From NCBI GenBank assembly GCA_951406725.2, contig OX597828.1, positions 44,330,001 to 44,394,000 on the forward strand: DNA of 64,000 bases. Reading direction: 5' to 3'. Under the pieces are notes generated by a model that saw nothing but the letters and a program-made list of their open reading frames with translations, made no database searches and was not told the DNA's origin. Shown piece by piece: positions 1 to 15,074 of this stretch. This DNA comes from Octopus vulgaris. Taxonomy: Eukaryota. Each line of letters begins with the position of its first letter. Position 1 is the first letter of the stretch. Position numbers and translations under genes: made by a program.

Positions 1-120
1 GCAAGCATACATATTTATGTATATCCGAATATACATACTTACATATATAATTGAACTTTCCAGGCGCCTACATGTTCCTCTTTGCGACAATGTCACGTTT
101 CATTTAATCAGGATATCCTT

Positions 121-204
121 GGCCTGAAGAGTAACCTGAGGTTTACACCTCGCTTGGATATTTATCACTTCTGAGGTTCCGTTCGCTATGAAACATATGT
201 AACC
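121..204 (+). ncRNA. Type I hammerhead-ribozyme-like motif (long stem II, palindromic stem III), degenerate
   Basis: CTGAAGA core at 124-130. GAAACATATGTA at 190-201 gives stem III ACATATGT (a palindrome) and a GUA triplet. Stems I and II are imperfect. The element runs into (TG)n(TA)n at about 237. Confidence 0.55.
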
Positions 205-234
205 CGGTTCTTATCTACCCTATTCCGTAACTCT

Positions 235-291
<57 letters not shown>

Positions 292-367
292 TCTTAGGGT
301 AGCAAGAATATTCATAGAAAAATTCTTAGTTACCAGTGGTCTAGCGAGAAAGAAAAAATTAGTCAAT

Positions 368-465
<98 letters not shown>

Positions 466-695
466 TAAACAAAGGTATTTTAATATGCTACCACTTTGAT
501 GAAATGTTTGGGGGAAAATTTTTTTATCCTATATTAGAAGTATATAGATAGACAGATACATATATATGTATATATATGTATGTATATATGGATATATATA
601 TGCATACAAACATATATGCACATACATATGTATACATATATATATATATAATATAATGCAACAATATATATATAAACACATACACATACACACAC

Positions 696-728
<33 letters not shown>

Positions 729-736
729 CACGCACG

Positions 737-803
<67 letters not shown>

Positions 804-1699
804 GTATGTGTGTATGTACGCGCAGGTGTATGTGTGTACTGGCACCCCATTGTTGATAGTCTACTGAGGAAACGGTTGCAAGTTTGCCGCAAACCAAACT
901 AACCAATGAACGAAGATATGTCCTGCTAAAAGGGCTGGTTTTAAACCTGCATCGAGCCAATTTCTAACAATCTAGAGTTTGCGGGGGACCATAGAAATAC
1001 TTCCGGTTTTGATCTCCCACGCAGACAGACTTGTGCCCTTTACCAACGGTAAAAGCAGCTCGTTTTGTTAAAGGTCACTCGAATAAAAAGTCTAATACGT
1101 CAAGTCAGTAAAATCGTTGATACACCAGTATTAGATAATACTCATTCACCTTAATATTTACATTTCTGTTTGTTTCCTTCATTTTGCTCAGATCTAAGTT
1201 ATATTTTTATTATGTTTATCTAAGTCGTTTTTTTTATTATGTTTATTTTCCTCAGATCTAAGTTATATTTTTATCAGAAATAGCTTAGATCTTATCGATG
1301 CACAGATGTTGCTTGTTGACATATATGAGGCTTTGTCGCTCATTAACAAGAAAAAGTCATATTCAGAATCGGATCCTGGGAGCGTGTCCTAACATGCTCA
1401 CGGCAACACTGCACGCATCATCATAAGCCGTTCGACTGCTCTTCAGGCCGGGCATTTTCACCGTTATATGTCCAGTAGGGATGCAAAGCTTTACTGCAGC
1501 ATCGCTCGTTTTTGCTTTGTGTAGTCATCAACACGCCGTATCACAGTGCTGCATTATCTTTATTAAGGGTCGGTTGGGTCTTATGTTCCTTCATTGCCTG
1601 CATCGCTGCTGTTAGCGAGCTTCACACGGTTGCATGTTCTTGATTGGTTAATTAGTAAGCGATACGGAACAGCCGGTACGCGCTTCCAGCAAACGTCTA

Positions 1700-1907
<208 letters not shown>

Positions 1908-2179
1908 GTAGATATAAATATGGGGACACATGTAGTTTAGTGGTGTGGTTAGGTTGTTGCACTCATGATCATATGGTTCTGGTTTCGATTCCTCGACTGG
2001 ACGATGCGATCTCTTCGAGAGCAAAACACTTGATTTCACGTTGTAGTAGACTAATTAGCTACCAAAACTGTCTAATCCTGCTGCAGACCAGCGTTCCGAC
2101 CAGGAGTTAGTATGTACGCCACAGGATCCGAGAAAATTGCCTAATGAGCCCATCATCCATTTAAGTGTGTGTATGTGTA

Positions 2180-2214
<35 letters not shown>

Positions 2215-2376
2215 TTATATATATATATATATATGTTATGTATGTATATATATATATATATATATTTGTATATATATATATATACATGTATATGTATGTG
2301 TACATATATGTATATAATGTATATATGTTGTGTATATAGGTATGTATATATATACGTGTGTGTGTGTGTGTATGTA

Positions 2377-2425
<49 letters not shown>

Positions 2426-2682
2426 AGAGAGAAAGAGATTGATAGAGAGATGCAGAAATATATAGATGTGCGTAAATATATATATATATATGGATACATA
2501 CATACACACACACATATATATAGATATATAGATATACATATATATATGGATATACAGACACATACATACGTACATACATACATACATACATACATACATA
2601 CATACATACATACATACATACATACGTACGTACATACATACCTACATACATACATACATACATACATACATACATACATACA

Positions 2683-2718
<36 letters not shown>

Positions 2719-3377
2719 TATATATATGCGCATCAATATATGTGTATATGATAGTAGCAGACATTAACTTTGGTCGGTAGGAAGGTTCGTTGATTTCTCC
2801 AGTGATGCTTTACGTTGTGTTGACAGGGGACAGAGTTCATTATTACGAAGAATCGCAGGTTGAGTGCACTCACGAGGTTTAATGAGAGCCAACGAGTAAA
2901 AGGACGCTAAGCATACACATAAATATATACACAATGATTGAAAAATACAACAGCGAGAGAAGAGGAGTAAAGTGTGTAAACGGCAGGCTTTTTTGGGTGG
3001 AGTTACTCAAAGGAGAAATTTGTGTCATATAATTCTACCTGAGCGTAATTAATATTTTTCTATCGAAAATTAATATTCATTTCATTATTTCGTACAAGCA
3101 ACAAGAAATTTGATAAAAGTTACATCATTATTATTATAGGTGTCCACGTGGCTGTGTGGTAAGAAGTGTACCTGTTAACCACATATGGCAGCAGGTTCAG
3201 CCCCACAGTGTGGCACCTTCAGCAAGTGGCTTCAACATTTGTGACTGGATTCGGTAAACGGAAACCGAAGAGTGAGAGAGAGAAAGAGAGAGAGAGGGGG
3301 GGCATGTAGACAGACTGACACAGACAGACAGAGAGTTTAAGCGAGAGTGATACTTAGAGTGAAGAAGAGAGACACAG

Positions 3378-3409
<32 letters not shown>

Positions 3410-3493
3410 CAACGCAACTGCTATGCTTAATCTATATTCACCCACCAATTACGGAATTTATATTCTTGCAGTACTAAATGATAAATTAGTATA

Positions 3494-3879
3494 CTCTTAC
3501 TCTTCTTTTATACTTGTTTCAGTCATTTGACTGCGGCCATGCTGAAGCACCGCCTTTAATCGGGCAACTCGACCCCTTGTTCTATCGGTCTCTTCTTCCG
3601 AACCGCTAAGTAACGGGGATATAAACACACCAGCATCGGTTGTCAAGCAATGCTAGGGGGACAAACACACTCACACAAACACACACACGCATATATATCT
3701 ATATATACTTATATACGACGGGCTTCTTTCAATTTCCGTCTACCAAATCCACTCACAAGGCATTGGTCGGCCCGGGGCTATAGCAGAAGACACTTGCCCA
3801 TGATGCCCCGCAGTGGGACTGAACCCGGAACCATGTGGTTGGTAAACAAGCTACTTACCACACAGCCACTCCTGTGCCT
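3494..3879 (-). mobile_element. tRNA-type SINE family A, near full length
   Basis: Reverse complement of the 30879-31296 copy: head ggcacaggagtggctgtgtggtaag and tail ggcggtgcttcagcatggccgcagtcaaatgactgaaacaag. Confidence 0.9.
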
Positions 3880-4410
3880 ATACATTGCAAGTATCAAATA
3901 TTTTACTTATAGTTTCTCACTAATAAATGTATAAACAAACGATTATTTCCCTTCTCTCGACATCTAAGCAGAAATCATTTTCCGACATTTTTTATACCAT
4001 TCCGCTCGGGTTTTTATAATGTTGTCAATATTGTAATCCACAGAAACATTAAATACGCCATGTTTTTTTTATTTGTATTCCTTTTTTTATCTCAACACCC
4101 ATAGAGCTCATAATTCCACTGCTTTCTTTCATTATTGTTTATCTTCGTTTCCTATTAACCTACGGCCATTTTGGTTTCTAATAACACTGTATTCACGCTT
4201 TGTAACGCTTATTATATTGAAACACGAGAAAAAAACCATGACTCCCTTATAAGTAATCATAGCTTTCAGCTGATGATATAGATAGATTATATAAATCAAG
4301 GATGTTATAAACTAATGAGATCTTTTATCACTATGTCATTTTGCTATTTTCACGAATGGTCACACCCTAATTATATACATATATTTTGATATATGATATC
4401 TGTATGTATA

Positions 4411-4475
<65 letters not shown>

Positions 4476-4858
4476 TTGAAATCTATAGAAAAACAAAAGA
4501 CGAAGACAGGTGTATGGACAACAAGGTATATTAGTTTGACACTCGGAAAAATGAAAAAAAGTATTTTATATTTCGAGCCTTAGCTCTTCAACAGAAAGGA
4601 ATAGGAGAAAATAAGCAGAGAGAGAATGTAGATTTAGCGGTTATTGTGTGTGTGTGCATGTATATATATGTATAGGGAAAGTTTACGAAAAAACAAAAGA
4701 CGAAGACTGGTGGTGTACGAAACAAACAGATGTATTAGTATAACACTCTGGAATAGAAAAAGTCTTTTACGTTTCGAGCCTACGCTCTTCTACAGAAAGG
4801 TACACAGAAAAAACAAGGAGAGAAAAAAATGTGCGTAGTAGCTAACGATCTATCAGGG

Positions 4859-4860
<2 letters not shown>
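4476..4860 (-). mobile_element. Two adjacent copies of a ~180-bp (TA)n-embedded element carrying a minimal hammerhead-like motif (Penelope pLTR-like family H1)
   Basis: Copies at about 4476-4640 and 4670-4860. The reverse complement of 4764-4800 reads cttt-CTGTAGA-a-gagc-gtag-gctc-GAAA-cg-TA-aaag. Homologues lie at 25256-25500, 26610-26770, 27305-27415 and 55610-55790. Confidence 0.7.
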
Positions 4861-4915
<55 letters not shown>

Positions 4916-4924
4916 TATAAGAAT

Positions 4925-5340
4925 GAATGTTTTTATATATAATGAACGTGAAATACAGGAAGGGACGAACACGGAACACAGACAAATCATTCGAAGCCTT
5001 CAATCTTCAGTCAGACACCGAATCATCATAGCAAATTTCGGCTGTTCAATTCTGATATTTGCTCCAACTCGGCCAGCCCCCCCAAAAAAAACTAAGCTGT
5101 AAGCATTAGATTTCTTGGTAGAAGACAGGAATGTGAACGCACAAGACGGATGTAAATACAAGAGACGAAAATGAAATTGAAAACAGTAATGAATAAACAA
5201 AATATATATAACGGTGGTTGTCATACGACTTTAGACCAAATGAGACAGAAACAACAACAACATAGCAGCTGGCGTAGAAATAATTACCGTTTCGGTAGCG
5301 GGGACACATGTTGGTCGAGATAGGATGGCCAACAGAATGG
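4925..5340. mobile_element. Unclassified interspersed repeat flanked by (TA)n
   Basis: Diverged homologue at about 41185-41490 sharing agccttca(a/g)tcttcagtcaga...gcaaatttcggctg...cggccagcccc. Both copies lie between (TA)n runs. Confidence 0.6.
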
Positions 5341-5346
5341 TTATAC

Positions 5347-5521
<175 letters not shown>

Positions 5522-5599
5522 TATATACATATACACATGCGTATTCTTTCTATGACAAAGATCTATAGGAATATATGATGAGCATAACAGATTAATCTT

Positions 5600-5894
5600 T
5601 CTCAATACATGCTCTGTATAAAATAAGTACCAGTTTAGACTTGGAATCTAAAATATCGACTAGCATCCTCTCCAATGTTTCAGACCTTATGTCTATAACA
5701 GAAAGGGGCGCACCGGGAAAATGTTTAGCGGTATTCCGCCCCTCTTTACGTTCTGGTTTCAAATACCACCGACGTTGATTTTTGCATCTCATTCTTTCGA
5801 GGTCGGTAAAATAAGTAGTAGTTGAGTACTAGGTTGATGTATCCGACTTTTCCCCTCTCCCGAAATGAGTGGCCTTCTGCCAAAATTTGAAACC

Positions 5895-5895
<1 letters not shown>
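5600..5895 (+). mobile_element. SINE family C, degenerate tandem fragments
   Basis: tttacgttctggtttcaaatacc...ctttcgaggtcggtaaaataagta...ggccttctgccaaaatttgaaacc matches the copies at 23086-23845. Confidence 0.7.
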
Positions 5896-5959
<64 letters not shown>

Positions 5960-5992
5960 CATAATATTTATTGTCATTATTATTACTATTAC

Positions 5993-6035
<43 letters not shown>

Positions 6036-6459
6036 GAGCGAAACGTCAGCGCGTGCCATCAAAATGACACTGGGGTATAAATATATTGTTGTTGCTGTCG
6101 TTGTTACTGTTATTGTTCTTGTTCTTGTTTCTGTCTTCCTCCTCTTCCTCCTCCTCCTCCTTCTTCTTCTTCTTCTTTATGTTGTTTTTGTTATTGTTGT
6201 TGTGTGTAACATTCGTTAAGTGTTTGATACTTCTATCTTGTTTATACTGTTGTTATTGTTATTCTTGTTGTTGTTGTTAATTATTGATTATCATTGTTGT
6301 CATCATTATCGCTTAAATGCTTCTTGTTCACTTATTGTGTTATGTGTTCAGTTTGTTAGTCATATTGTCGGCAAACCGCTCATTGTTGTGGTTGCTATTG
6401 TTACTAATAGTTCAGGCCTTGTACCTTTAGTAGAAAGGATTATTATTATTATTATTATA

Positions 6460-6509
<50 letters not shown>

Positions 6510-6530
6510 CATTATTATCATTATTATTAT

Positions 6531-6810
6531 ACAAAATGGCTGACGGTTAGTAAGGAGAGACACAAATAAGAAAGAAGAAAACAAAGGACCACTGATGCGG
6601 TCACAGGAGTGTGACGAAAGAACTCTGGCCGAAATAAGATTAAGATTAATGTAAAAAAAATAAATAACACTGAAGCAAAATAACACCAAATATATAGTGC
6701 ATGTGTTTTTATTGGCTAAACTGGCAAAATGACCATTCCGAAATATAACAATATCTATTTCAACACACGACTTCACATAAAAAATCTTGCGCAACAAATA
6801 TATACACGTA
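6531..6810 (+). mobile_element. ~280-bp (TTA)n-embedded element with minimal hammerhead-like motif (family H2, copy 1)
   Basis: Flanked by (TTA)n on both sides. 6586-6630 reads ggacca-CTGATG-cg-gtcac-aggagt-gtgac-GAAA-gaac-TC-tggcc. A close copy lies at 7701-7980. Confidence 0.7.
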
Positions 6811-6823
6811 TTATTATTATTAT

Positions 6824-7315
<492 letters not shown>

Positions 7316-7622
7316 TCAGTCGTGCTTTCGCTCCACTACCAAGACCAGTTTTGTCTGCCTCGGTTTATGTGCGGTGATGTTTGACTGGTTTTGTACCTTC
7401 TCTTGTATTAACAGTCCTGTTGTGTGGTCAGTACCTGCTCGTTGTCTTGTGTATGAGCGTAAATAAATCCCCGGAGTTCGGTTGTGTATTTTACATGTTA
7501 TTTACTAAGATATTCCGATAATTATAGAGGCCATTTAAACAATTTTTTACCCCTACTCTCCACACACATTCATACCCATTCCACTTTAGATTTGGATAAT
7601 TTCTCCATTTTCTTTAGGGATG

Positions 7623-7624
<2 letters not shown>
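7316..7624 (-). mobile_element. Diverged Dong/R4-like 3' fragment in (TAA)n
   Basis: cgtgctttcgctccactacc resembles the Dong 3' UTR cgtgctttcacttcactacc. The minus strand encodes SLKKMEKLSK, similar to SLKEMEKLSKY in the 8003 and 38611 copies. Confidence 0.6.
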
Positions 7625-7700
<76 letters not shown>

Positions 7701-7701
<1 letters not shown>

Positions 7702-7980
7702 CAAAATTGCTGACGGTTAGTAAGGAGAGACAGAAATAAGAAAGAAGAAAACAAAGGACCACTGATGCAGTCACAGGAGTGTGACGAAAGAACTCTGGCC
7801 GAAATAAGATTAAGACTAATGTAAAAAATAAATAACACTGAAGCAAAGTAACACCAAATATATAGTGAGTGTGTTTTTATTGGTTAAACTGGCAAAATGA
7901 CCATTACTAAATATAACAATATCTATTTCAACACACGACTTCACATAAAAAAAATCTTGCACAACAAATATATAAACGTA
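7701..7980 (+). mobile_element. Family H2 hammerhead-like element, copy 2
   Basis: Motif at 7756-7800: ggacca-CTGATG-ca-gtcac-aggagt-gtgac-GAAA-gaac-TC-tggcc. Flanked by (TTA)n. Confidence 0.7.
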
Positions 7981-8002
7981 TTATTATTATTATTATTATC
8001 AT

Positions 8003-8395
8003 TCAGTAGTTTTATTTCTATAGCGTGCTTTCACTTCACTACCGAGCGCAGCTCTGTGTGCCTTGGGTATGTGATGTGATTTATTGTGATGCTCTGATAG
8101 TTATTGTATGGAAAGTGTTCTGCGTAGGATGTGTGCAGTGCCTAGTAGTGCAATTGTCTGTATGTTATATGTGTTTGTAAGTCCTGGTGTTTTTGTTATG
8201 TATTTGTCTGAATATTTTTTTATCATGCCTAATGCACCTACTATGATAGGAATTGTTTCTGCTTTTAGATTCCACATTCTGGTTACCTCTATTTCCAGAT
8301 CTTTGTATTTTGAAAGTTTCTCCATTTCTTTTAGAGAAACGTTGTCATCTGCCGGTATTGATACATCCATTAGAAAGCATTTTTTTCTTCATGAT

Positions 8396-8399
<4 letters not shown>
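8003..8399 (-). mobile_element. 5'-truncated R4/Dong-like RLE retrotransposon in (TAA)n
   Basis: ORF 8101-8370 (DVSIPADDNVSLKEMEKLSKYKDLEIEVTRMW...IPIIVGALG) is the C-terminus of a restriction-like endonuclease. Nearly identical to 38611-39005, with (TAA)n on both sides. Confidence 0.9.
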
Positions 8400-8475
<76 letters not shown>

Positions 8476-8497
8476 CATAATTATTATTATTATTATA

Positions 8498-8528
<31 letters not shown>

Positions 8529-8809
8529 CTGTTGTTGCTGCTGGTGATGTCGATATTGTTGCGTTTGTGTCGTTGTTGTTGGGTAATTTGCTTAGACTGC
8601 CCTATATAAGATTTGAAGTACTTTTCGTTATGTTTGACGTCACTACTTTGCTGCGTAGCTTGGTATTGGCATTGATGCTTCTCTTATGAAGATTCTTGCG
8701 GTTCCATATGTTTTGCGATTATTGCCAATATTCCTTTTTATTAGCTTCTGAGATCTTCACATACCTACATACTCAAACCCATATATATATATCAGCATAA
8801 ATATATGTG

Positions 8810-8935
<126 letters not shown>

Positions 8936-8940
8936 CATTC

Positions 8941-9097
8941 GGCTACGTGGTAAGAAGCTTGCTACTCAACCACATGGTTCCGTGTTCAGTCCCACTACGT
9001 GGCACTTCGGGCTGTATATATATATATGTATATATACAGCCTCAAGTCGACCAAAGCCTTGTGAGTGGATGTAATAGAGGGAAAATGAAAGAAACCC

Positions 9098-9168
<71 letters not shown>

Positions 9169-9424
9169 TATATACATATACATATATACACACATACACA
9201 TGTGTGTGTGTTTGTGTATCTTTTTGCCTACCCACCATCGCTTGACAACTGTTGCTGGTGTGTTTACGTCCCCGTTACTTAGCGGTTCGGCAAAAGACAC
9301 GGAAGAAATAAGTGCTAGACTTACAAAGAATAAGTTCTGGGCTAGATTTGTACGACTAAAGACCGTGTTGCAGCATGGCAGCAGTCAAATGACTGAAACA
9401 AGTAAAAGAAAAGAAAGAAAAGAA
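8941..9424 (+). mobile_element. SINE family A with internal (TA)n/(TG)n
   Basis: Collinear with 30879-31296. Tail cagcatggcagcagtcaaatgactgaaacaagtaaaagaa. Confidence 0.88.
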
Positions 9425-9445
9425 TATGTATATATATACATAACT

Positions 9446-9748
9446 CGGTGATCACCGTGACCGACCAGGTTATCAGATGTTGCTACACATCGCTGGTCAC
9501 AATGCGCTTCGCATTGTTTTAGCCTTCAAATGACCCCGCTGGCTAAGCGAGCAGGCCAACAGAAGAAAGAGTGAGAGAACGTTGTGGCGAAAGAGTACAG
9601 CAGGCATCGCCACCATCCCCTGCAGGAGCCTCGTGAAGCTTTAGGTGTTTTCGCTCAATAAACTCTCACAACGCCCGGTTTGGGAATCGAAACCGCGATC
9701 CTACGACCGCAAGTCCGCTGCCCTAACCACTGGGCCATTGCGCCTCCA
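9446..9748 (-). mobile_element. tRNA-type SINE family B (tail type 1)
   Basis: Minus-strand head ggaggcgcaatggcccagtggttagggcagcggact...ggtttcgattccc contains A- and B-box-like motifs. The tail is shared with 40410-40531. Confidence 0.85.
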
Positions 9749-9761
9749 CATATATACATAT

Positions 9762-9889
<128 letters not shown>

Positions 9890-10391
9890 ATGCATTTATG
9901 TCCGTTTAGTTAACCACATATGCACACACACACGTATGTGTGTGTGGGTCTTTGCTTTTCTTTGAATCCCTCTTGGCTTTCGGTCGTATTTACCCTTTGT
10001 ATCCGTTGCTATTGATACATAATACTTTTATTATTGTTATTGTTTGCTGATCAGATGTTTGTGTTACTGGTGGCATCGATGATGATCTAGCGGCGGTGGC
10101 GGTGGTGGTAGCGATGACGGCGGTCGTGGCAAAGGTGGAAGCAGAGGTGGCAACGGGGCGACGATTGTCTTGTTTGAGCTGACGTGGGTGACGGTGTTGG
10201 TCGAAGCCGTCGAGGCTGATAGTAGTTGTGGTAAGGTTGATGGTTGCGTCGGTGGTTGGTGGTGGGGGAAGCTTGGTTGTTGATATTGTTACTGTTGCAT
10301 TTATGGTGTATGAGAGCTTTACTAGATACTAAATGTTATATAGAAGCAGACAAAAGAATGAGAAACGGGGGTAGTGCGGCATGGGTGGGTG

Positions 10392-10426
<35 letters not shown>

Positions 10427-10586
10427 ATATGTATGTATGTATATATATGTATATATATATACATAAATATATATATATATGTATAAATATGTATATACAT
10501 ACGTATACACATACACATACATATTGATGTATATATGTATATATACATACATATATTTAAGTATATATCAAGGCACTTTATACTTG

Positions 10587-10621
<35 letters not shown>

Positions 10622-10625
10622 GACT

Positions 10626-10667
<42 letters not shown>

Positions 10668-11480
10668 TGCATTCAAAGCAATGATTAGTAAATTCACGAA
10701 GCCGGTATGCTTTTGAATCTCTTTATCAATTCACAATAATGACTTTTATTACTTTTATTCCTACCTCAGTTCATCTAATTGTAAATATCTATCGTTACTT
10801 TTCATAAAACGCCTTTACTTTATACTCATTAAGCTGAGAGATTGTCTGATAACGAGGGAACCATTGACTAGGTTTGAAAACTTTCCCAGTTCAAGAGGCT
10901 ATTTTATAATCAAAGTGTGACTTGAAATATACTGCGTTGCTAATGTTGAGCCGAATGTTTTGGGCTATATATATACGTCTATATATTAATATACTTATGC
11001 ATATAGGCACCGATATCTCAAAAGTTAACATACAATTCTAATTATACCCGTTTATATGTGTGGATATCACAAGTTAGAGTGATGCTTAAACAGACTGAAT
11101 CATAAAGTGCTACTCTAGACTCGTCTGCAAAATATTACATAACGTACTTAAATGCATCAAAAGTGTTTTTTTGCTTTTTTCTCGAAATACACCTTTCAAA
11201 AATACTAGGGTCGTTTTATGTTTGAGATGTCAGTGTACATGCATTCAAAGACAATCGGCGTATGTTAGTCCATTTAACACACAAAGGGAAATATGAGAGC
11301 TACGTGTGTGTGTGTGCACGCTTGTGAACACACAAAAATGCAAACAAGCGCAAACTCACACACACACACTAATGCAAATAGTTGGGAAGGCGAGTATATA
11401 TGTACATACATATATATATACAATTGTTCGTTTGTTTTCCACCTGCCTTCGTCTTTTGTTTATTTTCATAAAGCTTCCCG

Positions 11481-11525
<45 letters not shown>

Positions 11526-11603
11526 GATATGTCTTTATGTATATATATATATATATATATACATTATACATATTTATATATATGTATGTATTTATTATGT
11601 GTG

Positions 11604-11665
<62 letters not shown>

Positions 11666-11731
11666 GTATGTATGTATTTTTGTTTATATGTACATGGATA
11701 TATGCAGTGAGAAAGAGTGAGTAGTGCGTAC

Positions 11732-11810
<79 letters not shown>

Positions 11811-12046
11811 ATGACATTTTTTTATGAACAAGTATTTTAGTCCGCGTTTAAATTTAATTTTCAGGATACATACTTTGCACACTTGAATTTATTTGTATTT
11901 AATAAATGTGGGCGGAGAGGACGAAAATAGATATTCTTATGTACGTTTAGACGTGCCTTCATATGTGTGTATGTGTGTATGTAATGCATGATATATAAAA
12001 TACAATATAATATATATATATATATATATATATCCACACACACACA

Positions 12047-12173
<127 letters not shown>

Positions 12174-12635
12174 ATATGTATGTTCATTTGGTGTTCCTAC
12201 AACGTGTTCCAAGTTTCTACCTGATTCATTATCATAGCCAATACATTCATAAGGTTTCAGGAAAATATTTGCAGAGAAATTAAATTAACTATCGTGCATA
12301 TTTAAGCATTTAGAATATGTCTATATCTCTCTACATGTATTCATGTGTACATATGCATATATACATACATGCTACATGCATTATATGCATACTTATTTTT
12401 GTACATGAATTTGCATATATATACATATATATATATCTGTATATCTTGTTTCGTTACATATATTCGTGTATGTGTGTGTGTAAATGTGTATGTGCGTCTA
12501 TATGTGTATGTATGTATATATGTATAGACAGACATACACATACATGCATGCATAAATATATGCATGTATATATACGTACATACATATATATACATACACA
12601 CATACATACCTGCATACATACATTCATACATACAT

Positions 12636-13666
12636 GCGGATATGTTAGTAGAAAGCTCCGAGATTATAGTAACATCGATCATCAAAGCAGTTTATCATGG
12701 ACCAATAGACGGTGTACTACTTCCCACTTTCGAGGGTAAGTGTTTGCAATCCAGGAACAGGAAATATCAACCAAGTACCTGATGCGCAAAAGGGATAGAG
12801 ATGCTGGAAAAACAGTAAACTGTGACAACTGATGCAGACTTAGTAGTGTTAACACCGAAGATATCACCCACATCATAAGCGGTTGTCTGAAAATGTCATC
12901 ACAGTGTTATCTACCGATGAGACAGGATGTTGTATCTAGGACACTATAATAAAATCTGTCGAAAGGATAACCCCGAGAACAAAGAAATAAGAACCCGCAA
13001 TATAGCAGAAAACATAGCCATTCATAATAAAAAGAATACTGGTGGAATGTACCGGTGAAGACCTCAATAAAATGTAAGCACAACAGACCTGATATAAGGA
13101 TTTGGGATAGAGAAGAGAAAATGTGCACAGTTGTGGAAATTAGCTGTCCAGTGGATATTAACATAAATCTGAAGATCAATGGAAAAGAGAATATCTATGC
13201 TGAACTATTGAGAAACCTGCTGTTACTCTATCCAGATTACAAGTTCAGGTTTATACCTGCAATTATTGGGGCCCAATGATATGTAACACACTGCCTAAAT
13301 ATAAATCTTGAGAAGTGAGGCTTTCTCAAAACCAGAAAGGAGAAAGCTAATTCGAAGACTATAGAGCCACTCCATCATTGGAAGTGTAAAAATCTGTAAA
13401 ACTATCCAGAAGTTTATCATTTAAATATATATAAGCATCTCTAGATATGTAACTATATGCATGAGAATACATACATAAATACCTAAATACATATATGAAT
13501 ACATAAATATATATACATACATAAATACATGCATACATCATGCATACATACATTCAAAAATACCCTGTTGTTGATGTTGAAATTACAATGAAAGGGCCTT
13601 GAATCTAGGTTAGAAACTGTCTCTTTCTCTGTTTGCAAGAAATCTTGATATAAAACTAAACAATGA
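12636..13666 (+). mobile_element. 5'-truncated R4-like RLE retrotransposon embedded in (CATA)n
   Basis: Degenerate zinc knuckle CRL...EDITHIISGC and RLE segment HNRPDIRIWDREEKMCTVVEISCP...KENIY...FIPAIIGA (ORF 13055-13279). The 3' UTR ends aaactaaacaatga followed by (CATA)n, with CATA-like repeats upstream. Confidence 0.85.
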
Positions 13667-13874
13667 CATACATACACACACATGCATACATACATACATA
13701 CATACATACATACATACATACATACATACATACATACATACTTACATACATACATACATACATACTTACATACATACATACATACATACATACACACATA
13801 CATACATACATACATACATACATACATACATACATACATACATACATACATACATAATTACATACATACAAATG

Positions 13875-14085
13875 CATGCCAGCCTGTTTGGAGCAAATTA
13901 TAGCTGAACTTGTCTTCTTGAAGAGAACTACAGATAGTCACAATAGCTAGAACAATAAAAATCTGCAAGACTTTCTTAAGATTTAAAGGATGATAAGCAA
14001 AACAGGATGCCTTCCTTCGCAACCTTGCTACCAAGAAGGGATCCGTTCAAAATTCACGCTAAATTGAAATGTGTAAGAGAGGAGC
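13875..14085 (+). mobile_element. 3' fragment of a related R4-like subfamily between (CATA)n tracts
   Basis: ctacagatagtcacaatagctagaacaataaaaatctgcaagactttcttaagattt (LQIVTIARTIKICKTFLRF) parallels the C-terminus LQIQSVTGTVKICKTFQKF. Confidence 0.65.
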
Positions 14086-14162
14086 ATACATGTATGCATG
14101 CATACATACATACATACATACATACATACATACATACATACATACATACATACATACATACA

Positions 14163-14194
<32 letters not shown>

Positions 14195-14204
14195 CATACA
14201 TACA

Positions 14205-14467
14205 CTAATCTTGAGAAATTAGGCTTCTCAAAACAAGAAACTAGAAAACTAATTCGAAGACTACAGATCCAATCCGTCACTGGAACTGTAAAAATCTGTA
14301 AAACTTTCCAGAAGTTTATCATTTAAATAAGTATGAGCATGTCTAGATATGCAACTATATGCATGAGGACAAATGAAAATATCCTGTTGCCCATGTTGAA
14401 ACCGCAGACCGGCTCTTTCTCTGTTCGCAAGAAATCTTGAAAAAAAAACTGAAAAACTGAACAATGA
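14205..14467 (+). mobile_element. 3' end of the (CATA)n-associated R4-like family
   Basis: Encodes NLEKLGFSKQETRKLIRRLQIQSVTGTVKICKTFQKFII* plus a 3' UTR ending aaactgaacaatga, directly after (CATA)n. Confidence 0.85.
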
Positions 14468-15074
14468 TTGGCTGTCTACCACACAACTTCGATCTCTGTA
14501 AGTTTTACGCAAGAGAATTAATACAAATATTCAACCTATACAAAGGTACAAAGAGTGTTCCCCTTAGCTGTGGGATCTTCCGTGGCCTTGAAGTTGTGCG
14601 TATATTTCAGTATTTATTACTTCTAAAACTTATGTGTGTATAAAAATTATGTTCCCACGTAAGTATTAATGCATGTGCTTGTGAACATTTCTTAGTGCAG
14701 CTCCTGTGAGAGGAGATTGATGTATCAGTTGATATAAAGATCTACGGCGTTGCGAGCCAAAGAAGTCGGTCCTGTAAATCTGACAAAGAACATGTAAAGA
14801 ACCTTTGCAACCCAATTTAAATTACGGAAAGATTCGCAACCTATACAGTTCGAACCCACTTTGTACCACCTTGCAAAACCTTCCATAGTAATCCCATATG
14901 TGTGTGTGTTCGTGTATGTGTACGTTCGTGTGTGTGAGAGAGTGCGTGTCGCCGTCGCCGTGTGTGCGAGTGAGAGACTGCATGCGTGTACGCGTGCGTG
15001 AGTATATGCATGTGTATGTATCTGTGTACAAGGTTGCTTAATTGTGTGTATGAGTACATATATGTGAAACATAT

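Noticed and set aside
4985-5050. Minus-strand GAAA...CTGAAGA arrangement (also about 41260-41315) suggesting a type II hammerhead
   Set aside because: Stems I and II could not be placed in the correct register around the core.
9990-10300. Stop-free minus-strand frame encoding a Thr/Ala/Pro-rich peptide of about 100 aa
   Set aside because: Consistent with decayed (GGT/GGC)n repeats. No start, clear splice sites or recognisable domain.
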